From Chrysomallon squamiferum (taxonomy: Eukaryota; Animalia; Mollusca), in assembly GCA_012295275.1 (NCBI GenBank), contig CM022672.1, forward strand, positions 28,272,001 through 28,336,000: a stretch of DNA of 64,000 nucleotides, given 5' to 3'. The translations under genes and the position numbers were made by a program. Positions 26,079 through 39,871 of the stretch are shown here, piece by piece. The first letter of the stretch is position 1, and each line of letters opens with the position of its first letter. The notes beneath the pieces are model-generated. The model did not search any database and had not been told where the DNA came from. It worked only from the letters and a program-made list of their open reading frames with translations.

Positions 26079-27317
26079 CTATAGACAGATTATGACAAGG
26101 TGTGGAACTTTAGGTAGAAGTCAGTTTTATGAAGAAGAAATGAGACAGTAAGACAGTTTTGTCATGAACATAAAATTAAACAACATGTATATGTCAGTGT
26201 TCTATTTCTAATAAAACTGCAACTTTAAAAAAATGATTTATAATGACTTGTGTTTTTTTATGATTACCTGCAGCTTACTTCTTGATCTTGGACCCCTATT
26301 TGTGAATTGTAATCTTATCTAAATTTAATTTGTATACACTTTTACAAGAAATGTGTTTGATGGTATCTAATCAGAGCAGTAAAATAATAAACTTTTGCAG
26401 CTGTTTTCTACATGGCCAACAAGTGATAGGCAGCTGTCACTATAAATTTATAATTGATTGTAGACAAAATGTCTCTATTAGTTAACTGAATGGTATAAGG
26501 AGATTTACATTTATTGTCTTTAAAAAATTTCACTGATGCTCACAGAGAAACAAAGAAGGCTATTATGGATCTTTACACAGACTTCTTTGTGTTTAAAATC
26601 AATGTAACCAGAAAAGTCAGCAGAATTATTTTTAATAATTCTGGATCTGGTCAGTCAAAAATTGCTTTTTATTGCTGTAACAGATATGCTGGGATTGTAT
26701 CTGTTACAAACGTAATTTAATGAATAATTTATATATTGTTTGCATTCCACTGAAATGAAGTCATATTTTAAAAATTTTATATAAACATTTAAAAATTTGA
26801 GTTTTCACATGTGACCACAAAAAAGTCAAAAGGTTATTTAAGATCAACATTTCTGTTGGTGAAAACTTGTCTTTTGTATAGTGGGCACCTTGTATAGCTA
26901 GAATGTCCAGATCTTATTTAACATGACTAATACTACTTGAAATTTACTTGGGAGACCTTATTTTTCTAAAAGTTATAAACCAAGAGCCACAATAATTTTA
27001 TTGCAAATATTTATTTCACATTAAAGGCAGTTTTGCAGATGATAAAATTATTGCCTGCCCATTCTTATTGTCTTTGCTTGATTAATGTGGATGGATCTTG
27101 TATTTCCATCAGTCTCATCAGTTGAGAAGCCTTCCTTAAATCCAGATGTTATCTGTTTGAATTGTGCCTATCTTTTATAGCTTCTTTTCATCATTATGTG
27201 GCAGAATAATGTTTTATTGTGTATAAGAAGTTTCAGGTTTCAAGTGTGTATAACCAGGATGTAAATGTATCTATGAATATCAAGCCAAGACAGCAAAAAA
27301 AAAAAAAATAATAATAA

Positions 27318-27349
<32 letters not shown>

Positions 27350-29171
27350 TTCTACATTTCATTAAAATACACAATCTTTTATGTTGTCATCATCTGTTTT
27401 AGAGAAAAATCATTAAATGTATAAACAATAAAATAGACAGACAAGTAATATAATATGTGAACATGTAATATTAATTACATGTAAGTGTAATCAGTAAGAT
27501 ATAGTTTGTTTTATTTTGATCATCTCCATACTGATGGTATACATTTTATTCTACACTGAGCAAATTGTGTGTGATCTATGCAGTCTAGTGATCTACTCCA
27601 AGAAAACTCTATGCACTTATTTTACACACACCACAGTAGCACCCCAAAAACACCTATCCCAGATTTGTCACTGGGTATCATCAGGATGTGATAAAATAAA
27701 AAAAACATCAAGATATTAGAAATACTATTTTTAAATTCTTCCATCCCTCTTGATGAATTTAATTTTATTCACAGGTTATTTTTTGGTCTGTATCAAATGC
27801 TGCATATTTCTTCCAAAAAATTATCTATGGACTTCATGCTTAGAGTTCTTCCCCTTGATGACACTGTTTAGTAAAAAAAAATCGCTGACTGGTAAAGTAC
27901 TCATTAATATAAAGAAAAATACATTAAAAATATTGATTATATAAACTGAATGATTTTTTAAAAAGTTTTAAAAAATCCATATGGATTCATATGTTTGACA
28001 TTTGTATGAATTTTTAATCCTTGCCAAGGATGTTTTATCTTTGTTAAAGGATTGTAGACTTGTATTACCTAAAATAAACATATGTAAAAGAGCTGGTACA
28101 ATAGCAATTTGTTGGTGGTTCCAATTTGTTTTTAAAAGTCATTGTTGGAAATGTGTAAAGCTTTTAATTTTTGATTATTACATATATTTTTGTATTTTTA
28201 CATTGAAAATATTATAAATCTGGTGCCAAGGTTTTCAGTTAAACAATATTCATGTTTGAGTAAATTTTTTCACTTTAAAAGCATCAGAAATATTTCAACA
28301 TAGTATTCAGTCATCTTTTTTTTTTAACAATACTGTATCAATATAAGATAATTACTGTGTGAAAATAAATACTGAACACTTGTAATGAAACCAAAATAAA
28401 ATAAATTGCTATATAATTTTCAGCAAAATGATGTAACTATGTCATGTTGCAATCAAGACTGCAGTTGTTAGTTTCTTCTGTCAATCATTATTATCAGTGG
28501 AAGATTTTCTGGTTGGTCCAAGATTTTAAAATTTTGTTTTGCAAAGTATTGTCAGTTTTAAGTGTAATATTGTCAGCAAATAATGTTTTACAATCTTGTA
28601 AAGGTAGAACAGGTTATATCTGAAGATTTACTTTGTAAACTGCTGTTAAAAACTAGGGAATAGAGTTCATTGCACAACTGATATTCCTGTGATGAATATT
28701 ACAATTAATTTGTATTATATATTACATATTTGTTTACTATTTACTGTTAAAAATGATTTCACTGCTAAAAATGTTAGTTGAAAGCTTAATTAATTCAGTG
28801 ACTTGACAGCTGTATATATGTTATTATTATATTAAAATAATTTATTCGGTGTGACAGGTAAAACTGTAAAGAGAATACCAATTATTAATAATTATTATTT
28901 TATTCTTTTTATTTTATATTAAGTATTTTATTTATTTTTTTAAATCTAGAGATATTAAAATATTAAATAGATCTTTTGTTATATTATTGACCATACTCTT
29001 AGTTTTTTATAAGATAAATGTGTGTATTTATCAACTGTACATGCGTCCTGATTTGGACCTCACATTATTGGCATCTGTAAATTATTGTATTCTTAAACTT
29101 CAGACATCTTGCACTTTATTCTTATTATTTCAGATGTTGATGTTGATGTGAATTGATTTTCTATAACAAAA

Positions 29172-32100
29172 ATGGCCAGTGAAAACAGAGGCAGCATTGA
29201 ACAGTTCAGGCTCAAACCTCCTCAGAATAGTAGCAATGGTGTGGCACAGGCTATAAATTCTCACCACATAGATCGTATTAATCAACATATTGGTAGAGAG
29301 ATTGATACCTTTCACAATTCACACCATACTAATAACCATTGTGGCAGACAGATGATTCCTCACCAGATTCATCTACCTGGTACATATCTAGCCACTAATT
29401 TGAATTAAACTCCATATGAAAATATTTTAAATATCAGCAATTATGTTTTTTCATGTATGGTATGGATATGTGTGATTCTTTAAAAAAAAAATTTGTTGAT
29501 GTTGTTTATTTAGTATGGAAAACCAGTTATTTGCTTGCATGAATTATCTTAGATATTTGAACATAAATTATTATGGTAGATTTTTTTTACATCAAATAAA
29601 ATTTAACATTATAATCTAACTTTTATTTGATTCTTTTTTAAATTGTTTGTGTGGAAATAACTTCAGTCATATTTAACAATTTGAATCCTGAATGCATTGT
29701 CTTCCCTTTGATGACACTGTTTACTAAAAAAAAAATTGCTGACTGGTGACGTTTATTAGCAAATTCAGATCACAATAAAAGATTTTTAATGAAAAAAAGA
29801 AAACTTTTATCACAGTTATGCACAAAGTGACATCTATCTAAAAATCAGATAAGACAGAGCTCTGATTAGTTGGAAACTTGTGATTATGTAATATGTGTCA
29901 GCAAAGTGGTTTTAGTTATTGTTATTATTTTAATTTGCAGATTTTATCCCAAATTTTGAGATGTATCAAGGCAGTTTTTCCTGTTTACCCAACAAGCCGT
30001 GTCTGCCACAGATGCAAAAACATCAACAGTGTAACCAGAGTGGTATAAATCATCTTCTACCATAGTAATACTGCAAAAAAAGAAAAACAACATTAATCAT
30101 TGTGAATTATCTTGAATGAAACAGATTTGTTTTTTATCTTGTTTATAATACAATTAATTAAAAAATAAACTGTTACAGATACCTGATTAAATTGTTTTGT
30201 AAACAAAAATTACCTTTTGATAATGACACATCGGTTACAGAAAATTTATTTTCTGACAAACTATAAGTTTGAAAAATTTATTTCTGTAAATTAGTAAGTA
30301 TTTAATATTAGAACACTTTTTCTTCCTTTTAGTGCCAGCTTATGTGGATTATCAAGAACAGAAGGTTAAAAATGAAATGGTTCCAAACTTTCAATCAACA
30401 AATGTTTCCCAAGAAAATAGAACGTATGAATCTGAACAAATCATATCAGCACAACATGACATGATCGGGTTTTCTGACCAGCATATAAATCAGATGATGA
30501 TCAGTGATGAACTCACTTCCAGCTTTCAGAAAAATCACCACTCTGAGGAACAGTACCATGCCACAAGAGGTGTAAATCAACAAACACCAGATAATATGCC
30601 ACATGTTCAAATACTGAAAAACCCTTTCAAACAGACACAATCAAAAAACAAATCAGCAGAAAGTCAGCCACAGTCTTTTCCCACAATTATTCATCCAACA
30701 TTTCCACTCAGTTTTGCAAGTAATGATTCAAAGTTCATGTAATTTGTTAGATTGGTTTGTACTGCTACATTTGTATTCACGGAACATTTACTTGAATTTA
30801 AATGTATATATCTTGTATGTGAAATCACTCTTATTTAAAAAACAAAGAAATGAACTTAAATATTATAAATGAATTGAGTATTACATTTTAGAGTTTCCAA
30901 ATCCTAACTCTATATAATATTTTTAATCTGTAACTTACTGGGTTTCTAAGTTAAATGAAAAATTACTTTCATGTTTATATTTTTATTACAGATTACACTC
31001 AAACTGTATGCAGACCAAAGCAGCAAGTTGTGGGTTCTGTAGTTGACAAAACATTGCCCAAAGAATTTTCAGATGAAGGGAAAAACATCGCTGTAGGCAT
31101 ATCTGATGTTTCTAGTAATATGCTCAAACAATTCTGTTCCATTCAGAACAGTACAAAAGCTAATGATAATATTATTAAATCATTGCTTAACACAAAGATC
31201 CAGAAGAATATAGTGAAATCAGTAGAGATAAAGGGTAAAAATACTACAGCTTCAAGAAATAAGATTGTTTTGATACCAAGGAAAAAGGTCACATTTAGAA
31301 GAAATATATTTTTACCAGACAAGAAAAAAGTCACTACTTTAACAGACAATGACCTGGATTACATTGATCAACAAAAAAATACTGATGATGTAAATTCTAT
31401 ATTAAGCCTTGAGACTCATGCTAGACCAATATATACTTATGATATACTGAATAGTTTAGGTGTGGATTTATGCTCCTCTAAAACAAACCAAGTTGAAAGC
31501 ATTAAACATGAGTCTCAACAAGCTGAAACGTTAAAATCTTCACAAGATAAATCTCTAAAGCCAGCTGCTTGTGGTCCAAACCAGCTGGATGATCAGCAGA
31601 TGTGTACAGAAAATCAGTCAAAAACAACTTGTTCCTCAGATGAAATTGCTGTACTTAATGTGTTTTCACTTCAGCCAGCATTTGATTGTTCACAAGAAAC
31701 AACAGCATCCACCAAAAATTTGGATTTCAGCACTTCTCTACATGGTCCATTTCACCATTTGTCAAAAAAATCCTTTCTATTTTGCGGTGTGAATGGCTGT
31801 ATATTTAGCACTGACATGCCAATTGAGCTGGATTTGCATTTGTTTGAGGCTCACAGAGAGTGTTCACATTTTGTGTGTGTTCACTGTGGCTGGGTTGCTG
31901 TTAAGTATAATCTTCTCTTTAATCATATGTTGGGACATATCAATAAAGGTTCTGAAATGGATCAGTTTGGTGGCCAGTGCTGTCACTTACATTGTGAATA
32001 CAAACCAGATAAATTCAAAAATTATGTCAAGCATTTGTTATGTAAACGTCATGACTTTGAGAATATACATCAGTGCTACATATGCAAAGATATTTTTCCA

Positions 32101-35100
32101 ACAGGCATTCAGTTAATTACGCATCTGAAAACTAATATGTTACAGATAATTCAGTGTCCCCATTGTTCTGCTGTTCATTTGAGCAAAATACACATTTCAA
32201 GACATATTGTTCAAAATCATCCAGGATGCAGCCAGTCAGTCAGAGTTTATAAAACAATCTTGTGCCAAGAACGCAAAAAGCATAATTGGCCTCATAGTTT
32301 GAAAGAAAACTACTTGAAAGATACATTTTCTTATTTACACAATTCACATCTGATGACAGAAGAAAAACAAAAACCAAAGGAACTTCGATATAGTGGATTA
32401 TGCAAAAGTATAAGTAATACACGGAAAACAGGAAAACAGAATGATCAGAAATCCACTTTAATAATGGAACAGTGTGAAAAGAGTTTGCTAAAGACTTCTG
32501 AACCAAATAATTTGATGCCTACATTAACTGCAATCCTGTGTGCTGATACATCAAGATCTAAAACTGTTGGATCTGGGAAGAAGAACTTAAATGAACAAAA
32601 TGGTGGCCGTATATCAAAACAAACAAATACCAAACTGTCAAATAGAAAGTCAAAAAGAGCACGCATTAAGAAAAGGATCATGACATGTAAGGAATGTGGT
32701 TTAGTTACTTCCCACTGCAGATTTATGTATAAACATATTCGACAGTATCATGGCATAACAGAAATGGTTATTTGTGAACTTTGTAAAATCTCACTTTCTA
32801 CGAACAAAATAACAGACCATCATAAGCAGTTGCACATAGATGAAGATGAAGACTATATTCCCACAGCACTAAGTGAAGCCTTTAAAACAGTCTGGAAGAT
32901 AACAGAACAACCACAACATGGTAATGTTATCAAAAAACATTCCAAAAGTATATTTAAGAAAAAACCAATCCTGGAAAGAAATATAATTGATAAAATTACT
33001 GAAACAACCATGGATGATGATGATGATGATGATGATAATGATAAACAATCATTTGATCAAACTGATACAGAAAGTTTCAATAAAGCGAATCTAGGGAGGT
33101 CTGATACACCACCACCACATAGCCAGTCACGACTTCATTCTATATCAGATGATGGCAGTAATAAAGTTGAGAAAACTCTGAAGAGAAGAAGTGAAATTAT
33201 TCATTGTTGTAAAAGATATTCAGAAAGGAATCCTGATGGAACATTCAAGAAGAAAACTGAAACTTCTTGTGAAGAAGGATCAAAAAAAGCCAAAACATCA
33301 GCTAGAAAGTTGAAAAACAAGCTACAAGAATTTTTTTTTACAGAATTATTAACTACACAAAAAGATTTTTCTGCTCTGCCTGCTGAAAATACCACAAGCA
33401 AAGTCAGATCATTATGTTTGAAAGTTAATGCAGAAAGAGAAGAAAAAGGTTCAGTAAATTTAGAAATGTCTGAAAGTGATAAAACAGTTTCAAGCACAGA
33501 TAAGAAAAATATAGAAAAACAAAACAACAGTGATGATCAGAACAAAAATAAAACCAAATTACAAGATGTGGAAGAATCTATACATGATCTCAAAGGCTTG
33601 ACAAATAGCAAACCTGATAATGATGAAAAAATGAGTAAAGTTGAAAAACTATCTATTACAGAAACCAGAGGTCAAGCACAAAATGATGCAGAGAAAAATA
33701 TTTTTCAATCTGTTGAGGAAAATTTGAAATTAACACCTGCAGTGAATCAGAATAAAAACAGCTCAAGTATTAATGCAACTGAAAAGGAGACTGTATGTGG
33801 TCAAACTGCAGAAAAACCTTTGAAAGATAGTAAAACAAGATTAGAAAAGACAAAATATAGTAATTTGCTTGGTAATAAAGAGTTAATTGTGAAGTTGACA
33901 AAAACTGAAATTCCAGTTTCTATTTTAGATGAAAAAAATGAAACATCTGTGAATAATGCTAGGTCAAGTGAGATCAGGAAATATGTTTCAACCTCAGAAG
34001 ACTGTCATACTGATAACAATTACTTTATAAATCCTGATTTTGAATTTCGCTGCAAGTACTGTACATGCAGATGTGGTACTTACGCAGAATTTTTACATCA
34101 TTTATATTATCATTTCCACTACAAAAAATATGCTTGTTCCTACTGTTTGTTAAAATCTTTCTCACATAACCAAATTGTAACCCATGTCAGCCAAGTACAT
34201 CCTGATCATGTGATGACACCTAATGTAATAATAAGAAATGACCCAAAAAAGGAAAAAAGGTGCTTAGATACTTGCCTTAACTGTTTTGTTCCTAAAAGGC
34301 ACAAAGATGTTCAGTTGAAAGAACAAATTGCAAAAAAGAAATTGAAACCACTGAAAAAAAATTTGTTAGAACCGCAGCTAAAATCAAAGGTCAGTTTGGG
34401 TGTTAAAAAGGAACTATCAAAAAGTTCAAAAAATAATACATCAGTTACATCAAAGTTTCCTAAACATCAGAAACAGATGTACTTGTGTCCTTATTGTCGA
34501 GAAAACAAACCATTGATGACTTGGACTCAACTTCATGTTGAAATTTGCTTTCACATTCACTACAAACCATTGAGATGCAATTACTGCAATTTGCAGACAT
34601 CTTCTATACTGTATCTGACAAGACACAGTAAGAAAGAACATCCTGGTAAGGAAGTAAAATGCTTCTCTGTTCCAGATAAACGGAAAGAAGATAAATTTAA
34701 GGCATTGATCAGTGACTCGGTTATGTTGTCAAAGAAGTACAGAAAAATAAAGAACAAGGAAACAAAACATAAAAATCATTTACTGCTGACCAATACTCAA
34801 AATAATCAGCAGACTTTCACTGGGGATTCATTTAAGAATTCTTGTGATTCATCAACTAAGGACAAAAACCAACAACATTCAGAACTTGATGAAAACAAAG
34901 AAACTGAAAATAAACCCATCTTGACTTACAAAGAAAGATTACTTAAAACTAAATTACAGAATGATTTACAATGCTACAAAGTACAAATACCTTCACAAAA
35001 GATAGACCACTTGACAAAATACAGACTGTACAAAACACACGAACTGTTTACAACAATTAGAGATGGTTATGGAGATCCAGTATATATCTGTAACAAGTGT

Positions 35101-36549
35101 AACTATACTATACGTAATTTGAAATTCATGTGTACTCATTCATACAAACATCAGCCACAGATCTTCAAGTGTACATACTGTGATTTCAAGGCTTTCCCAA
35201 GGTAATTATTTTTATATATAATTAACATTGTTATAGAATCAAAAACTTAAGTAAAAATTAAAAGGACTATTCACAAAGTTGTTTGGGTTACATCATTCAG
35301 GCACTAATATATTTTAATTAAGATTTTTGTTTCTGGACCAACCTGGTATATTTAACATACATTTGAATATAAGTAAGGTAGACTGAAATATTTGGAATAT
35401 CTTTTGTTTTCATTTGTTCATTTGTTGTTATCATCATTAGGTTGTTACACAGGTATGTCAATCAAAAGCTCAGAAAATGATATTTTCATTAATGGCTTGG
35501 TGTTTATTTCCAAGTATATTGATAATTCAAAGTATAATGTAAAATCCAAGTAACACTTTTGACACCTAAGAAGTAAGAGCTATTTTCAAATATGAATTAA
35601 TCTTGGACATAATATCCAAAAAGCATTTGGAAGAAATACTACTACAAATTGTTATTAGTAATGAGCCCATTGTAAGGCCCCAAACCATTTTTGATAATGA
35701 TGATGAATCATTTGAAACAGGTGACCATATCTTGTCAGGGCAAGGTAAAGAAACTGGACAAAATGGATCCCATGTGAACTTATTTTATTCATCATATCAT
35801 ACAACAAAGTAGACTGTGACTTATGATGAGAAGTGGATCCTCTATCAGTCTATGATAACAAGAAGGATCACAACAGGCTAAGCGTTATAGAACTCCCCAT
35901 ATTCTCCAGGCACTTACTAAAGCATTTGCAACAAAAAACATCAATTAATTTAATGAATTCCTGACCACTAAGTCTAAAGATATCTATAAATAAGACATCA
36001 GCATTTGATCACTGAAATTTTTTTTTTGGTTTCAAAGGGATCATATTTTGATTAAGTATTAGCTTTTTTATTTATTTTAATTGCAGAAAGTGATACTTCC
36101 TGTAGACCTAATATTATTTTGATATTTTTTTAAGATGTTTACATCTGCATCATTTCTGCAGTGGTTGATATATTGATGTTAATCCCTTTATAGAATTAAA
36201 AATAATTCCCGAGTGTCAAGTATTCTATATTAACGATGAATTTTTAATTTAGTATGACTTCCTTTGCCAATTATTGTAAGGTATATTCAGAATCCAGTTT
36301 CAGTACTTTTCAATTTTCAAATATTTTGCTGTATCTCAAAGTTCTAATAAGTAATTAGTGGGAGTTAATAATGAGAAATTTCTGTTTAAAAACAAATAAA
36401 CAATACTATATTATTTTTAGATATATATATATTTTTTTTTTTTTTTTGCCTGTTTTAATTACAGGTCCTATGTTGTGTTGCATTTGAAATCAAAACATCC
36501 TGGAAAAGAACACAACATAACTGACATGAGAAAGCAAGCTAAAAAATGA
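29172..36549 (+). CDS. Large multi-C2H2 zinc-finger protein (~1660 aa, ~13 widely spaced or paired atypical fingers)
   Basis: Model: exons 29172-29379, 29941-30042, 30333-30719 (alternative donor at 30662), 30992-35201 and 36465-36549, all GT-AG and phase-consistent (4992 nt). Repeated CxxC-x12-HxxxxH(P) units without TGEKP linkers. The last finger, CTYCDFKAFPR|SYVVLHLKSKH, is completed by the final exon. Confidence 0.85.
35437..36111 (+). mobile_element. Decayed mariner element in the last ZnF intron
   Basis: ttaggtt... and ...acctaa termini; relic motifs GKVKKLDK/WIP/EL, VTYDEKWILY, PYSP and the C-terminal GSYFD*. Confidence 0.8.
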
Positions 36550-36788
36550 GGAAAACCTGAAAATTATCAGTATTTCTGCTGCTTGCAAAACATTTCAGTT
36601 TTTGGAGCTTTCCAAATAAGGGATCCTGAACTTGTATTAAAAATAACCGAAGGAGAAAAAAAGAAGAAGAAATAGGGTGGTTAATAATGAGACATTTTAG
36701 TTTAAAATGAGATTTACAATAATGCTTAAAATAATTATAGATATTAATTATTATTAACTGTACAGTCATTTGTATATTTTAATTACAG

Positions 36789-36867
36789 ATTATATGTTGT
36801 GTGTCATTTGAAGTCGAAGCGTTCTAGAAAAGAATACAGGACAGTTGACATAAGAAAAAAAAATTAG
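36789..36867 (+). CDS. Duplicated alternative terminal exon of the ZnF gene (RLYVVCHLKSKRSRKEYRTVDIRKKN*)
   Basis: Same acceptor (ttttaattacag), same phase and clear similarity to exon 36465-36549; open to a stop at 36865-36867. Confidence 0.55.
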
Positions 36868-39800
36868 TGTGAGAGAATAAAAAGCCCAACAAAACAGGTC
36901 TATAATTAACAAAACCAGCTATGGCAAACCCTTTTATATTACATGTGAATTAACTGAAGGCTCTAACAGATTTGTAATTTAATCAATTGTTATTACAAGG
37001 ATGTTATGTATATTTAAATATTTACTCTTTTTTTTATTTTATTTATAAAATACACTAAGTAAAATTCTAATTTCTGAATTTTTGACTGATTACTTTATTT
37101 TTATTATGTAATCAAAAACTGCCTGGAGTCCAATTAAATTTAAAGAAATACACAAAGAAAGAAATTCATATTTATATATAATTAAGTATCACAAAGCTTT
37201 TATTGTCTTTAATGAATTTTATGCTGAAAAAAATAATAATTATGAAAGTAGTTTATAAATACGGTTATTAATGTAATGTTTTGTGATTTCATTATTGGTG
37301 ACAACAGTTATTAACATTATAGTGTTGAAAATAATTTTAAAATCATTAGATATTTCATTGTACAATCATGTCATTTTCTTTTTTCTTTCCTTTTTCAAAT
37401 GTCATAATTTTTTATTTTTTATTTCAGCTGTTATGTTTTAAGAAGCAATGAAATTTTATAATCTTTAATAAATTTATTTAACAATATTACATATTACATC
37501 TTGTTTTTAAATATTTTTAAAAACTTGTGTGTGTGTTATACATATATATATATACATAAAATGATGAAATAAAACAATTTAGCATTTTTGGTTATGTTAT
37601 CCAATATACATGATAAAATTATAAAATTGTTTCCATATGATTATGTAGTTTGTTGATCTTTGTTTTTGCAGAGTTGAAAGAATTCATTATTAATACAAAC
37701 AGTTACTCAGAAAAAAATATTTTTGTGAACAAAACGAAAATGCTTTATGGTTAAAAAACACATTCAAATGAGATAAATAGTTAATTTCAGTTTTTAATAG
37801 ATATTTCAGAAATAAGTTTTATATATCATAACCCCACAACACAGTATGTTAACTTTAATTGGTTGTACATAGTGACAGGTTATCCCAGATGCATTTCAGT
37901 GACGTAAAATAAGCTATATGCATTTTCAGAATGCTTTTTTTTTTTTTTTTTTTTTTTAGATTACTACCTAGTCACAGATGATTTTAATTAATCTTACCTA
38001 TAAAGCTTTAAATACTACACAAAGGTTTAGTTAATTGTGAGCAATATGAAACAGATTTTGTCACCCCAAAACCCAGGATTTACCTAATAAACCAGGTATA
38101 AACCTGAATCCATTTATCCTATGGTTTATTACTTCATACTGATGAAGATAAATTTGCATGCCTTATGTTCTACCACTAAATTCTTTTCTACTGAGAATTT
38201 TGAGAACTTTTTTGCTTGCTAATTAATCTGTTTAATTGCATCTTGCTGGTTGTTTGGTATATAACTCCTGGGCCAATAAGCTCTAAGCAGCTAGTTCCAG
38301 ACTTGTGGCTGCATTATGCAACTACAGCTCAAAACCTACATATAAAGTGAAAAAACTTTCGTAATATTGTAGTTAAGGCATCCAGTAGATCATTTAAGGA
38401 AATACTGATGTTAAGCACTGGCAATGCTGTCATATTCAACAATATTAATACACACAACTTTTTTGTTTGATTTAAATGTAGGGTACGTCAGTATTGCAGC
38501 AATTTTCAACAAGATGAACAAAAAAAAACAAAAAAATTTAGTTAGGTACTGCAAAAGGGAATAACTTTGGCACTGCTCACAGAAGTTAAAGGTATCTATA
38601 CTCTTAAAAAAAAAATGTACATGCATATATATTTTTGTTCTTCTAGCATTTATTTACTCTTATGTACAACTTATTTATTTTTCAATCCTAAATTAGTTTG
38701 TTTCTGATGTACAATTGTCAAAGATGGTTGGTAGCTGAAAACAAGTATATATACTCTCAAACTATGCTTTTAATGATCCCTCTACTATAAAATACTGTTT
38801 GTTGTTTTTACATGCTCTTTTTTCATAAACCCTTGCAAATAGATAATTAAATTGTAGAAATGATTTCATATGTATAAGCAGGACGCCTAATGTTACCATG
38901 TGATTATTAGCAGTTTTAGGGTAACTGGCCATTTGGCTTTGCATCATCATAGTATGTATCTCATTATGATTATCAGTGGATGCCATTAAATACATATTTA
39001 AGGATATATATATCAGATACTCAGGTTAAAAATATTATAAATTTTTATTATTTTTATTTATGGCATAGGAAGTGAAAGTGGCACCAATGGATCTTAATTT
39101 TTACCACTGAGGTGCCACAGATCATAGCTATTTTACATAGTGACTAATCCAAATTACTTTGATTTGAAAATACATATATAAAATGATGAAATAAAACAAT
39201 CTAGCATTTATTTTTTCAAAAGCACAATTTACATCAATTCAGTTATAAAATTGTTCCCATGTCATTTTATAGGGTTTTTTTGCCAAGATCTGTTGAAGGA
39301 ATTTAGCATAATTTGGTTCAATATTATCACAAACAAAGCAAAACTAATTTTCTTCAAATTAATTGTAGCATACAAACTCAATAGCTTTGAACATTTGGCT
39401 GCTGCTGAGCAAAAACTCCTGCTTTTTGTTTTTTAATTTTATTTTCACATGGCATTTCTAATTTAAAAGTTAAGAATACAAAAACATTAATTAATATAAC
39501 ACTGACTTCATGATTATGTATGCATGTCTTGATGCTGTTTCATAGAGCCAAGAAATGTTCTGCTGACACAAGTTATAGCAAAAATGCAAAATATATTTTT
39601 AAAACGTCAAGAATGTCAAGAAATATGTTTTTTTATTTTTTTTTATCAACAATGGGATGGACATGGAGATCAGCAGCTGTTGCAGCCACAGTGTTTTACT
39701 TCATAGTGCCATGGAAAATTCAAAGCCTGTGTGTGTTTTAGTAATTTTTGGTAAACAACTATTTATTTTGGTAATGCATATAAATAAGGATTATAAATTC

Positions 39801-39871
39801 CCTCCCCCCCCCTGATATTTTTATTTACTAGTTGCAACATTTGAAGTAATTGTTATGTGGAAGATACAGAA

